DNA of 64,000 nucleotides from Eledone cirrhosa (taxonomy: Eukaryota): assembly GCA_964016885.1 (NCBI GenBank), contig OZ024755.1, positions 20,894,001 through 20,958,000 of the forward strand. The letters run 5' to 3'. Each line of letters begins with the position of its first letter. Position 1 is the stretch's first letter. A model generated the notes under the pieces. It ran no database searches. It was not told where the DNA came from and saw only the letters and a list, made by a program, of their open reading frames with translations. Below, one piece after another: positions 63,160 to 64,000 of the stretch. The position numbers and the translations under genes are program-made.

Positions 63160-64000
63160 TACAGGGTGCGGACGACATTTGTTCGCAAGATTACTGTCTA
63201 GGAAAAAATAACAGTAGTTTTATTTTTTAAGATTTATTTATCAAACTTGGGTCAGTTTGTCTTCATGACTTGTTCTTTCGATCTCACTTGAGAAACCTGC
63301 CATTGGCTTTTATGACGGCCTCGGAACCGGCTACAGGCCTTCATCACTGTCCCCTGACTTAGGCCCCTAAAGGCATTTGTGATCCGGGCCTTCAGATCGT
63401 CTTTCGTATTGCAGCTAGATCTGTTGGCATCTCGTTCCACTGTGCCCCACACAAAGAAGTTGAAGGGGTTGCAGTCAGGCGAGCTGGGAGGCCAGATGTC
63501 AGGTGAAGTGTGGTCGACAAAGTTCTGTGACAGCCAGGCTTGGGTCTTTCAGCTGGTATGGCAGGGCGGTGAGTCTTGCTGACACACGTACGGCCTACCT
63601 GCAGCTACCTGGTTGATCCAGAGCTTTACTACCTCGCTCAGAACGCGGATGTAGCCATCGGTGTTCAGCTTGAGGCCCTCAGGGAAGAAGTGAGGTGGCA
63701 TGACGTCACCTTGACTGCTGACGACACCTAAGACCAATGTTGTCGCTGGAAACTTTGTCTGCATGACTTTGGGCACGTCTTTGGATGAGACAGTGAACCA
63801 CCTGTTGTTCTGGGAGTTGATCTTCTGGTCTTATTTGTCCTCACGCCGCGGATTCCAAGAAGAACTCTGTGTCTCTTCCACAAATTTGGAGGTTCAAAAT
63901 TATTCATAATCAATTATTCTGAAAATAAATAATGGAAATATAGTCACTGTTTTTATAAAGACAAGAGTGACAACGGAAGTAAAAAAAAATTTGCATAAAA
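63160..64000 (-). mobile_element. Defective Tc1/mariner DD37D (maT) transposon; other end probably beyond window
   Basis: DQKINSQNNRW..QQDSPPCHTS*..WPPSSPDCNPFNFFVWG; 37 residues between the second D and the third position (now N); terminus TA-CAGGGTG at 63160. Confidence 0.85.

Overview
This is AT-rich, intron- and repeat-dense eukaryotic DNA. The SINE, MITE and microsatellite content points to an octopod cephalopod (inference, not a database result). Two convergent protein-coding genes can be spliced by hand with GT-AG boundaries. The first is the last four coding exons of an arylsulfatase B/I/J-like gene (+, 279-3036). The second is a complete cytoplasmic alanyl-tRNA synthetase (-, ATG 25533 to TGA 6110; 22 coding exons, 2874 nt, 957 aa; candidate non-coding first exon near 30.6 kb). 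From about 31 kb to the end I found no supportable host exon. That stretch, like the introns, holds about 19 Nin-type tRNA-SINE copies, about 11 TTAA (piggyBac-like) MITEs, hAT and Tc1/mariner MITEs, and fragments of RTE, CR1, CRE-like, R4/Dong-like and Penelope-like retroelements. It also holds a dead DD37D (maT) transposase and many minisatellites. The most unusual signal is a set of short fold-back (inverted-duplication) elements in (TA)n tracts, several with hammerhead-like cores, one family being tied to a GIY-YIG remnant. Second is repeated SINE insertion at ATTAT sites, twice at the same MITE nucleotide. Nearly all long ORFs in the supplied track are repeat artefacts. I found no clearly new protein-coding system.
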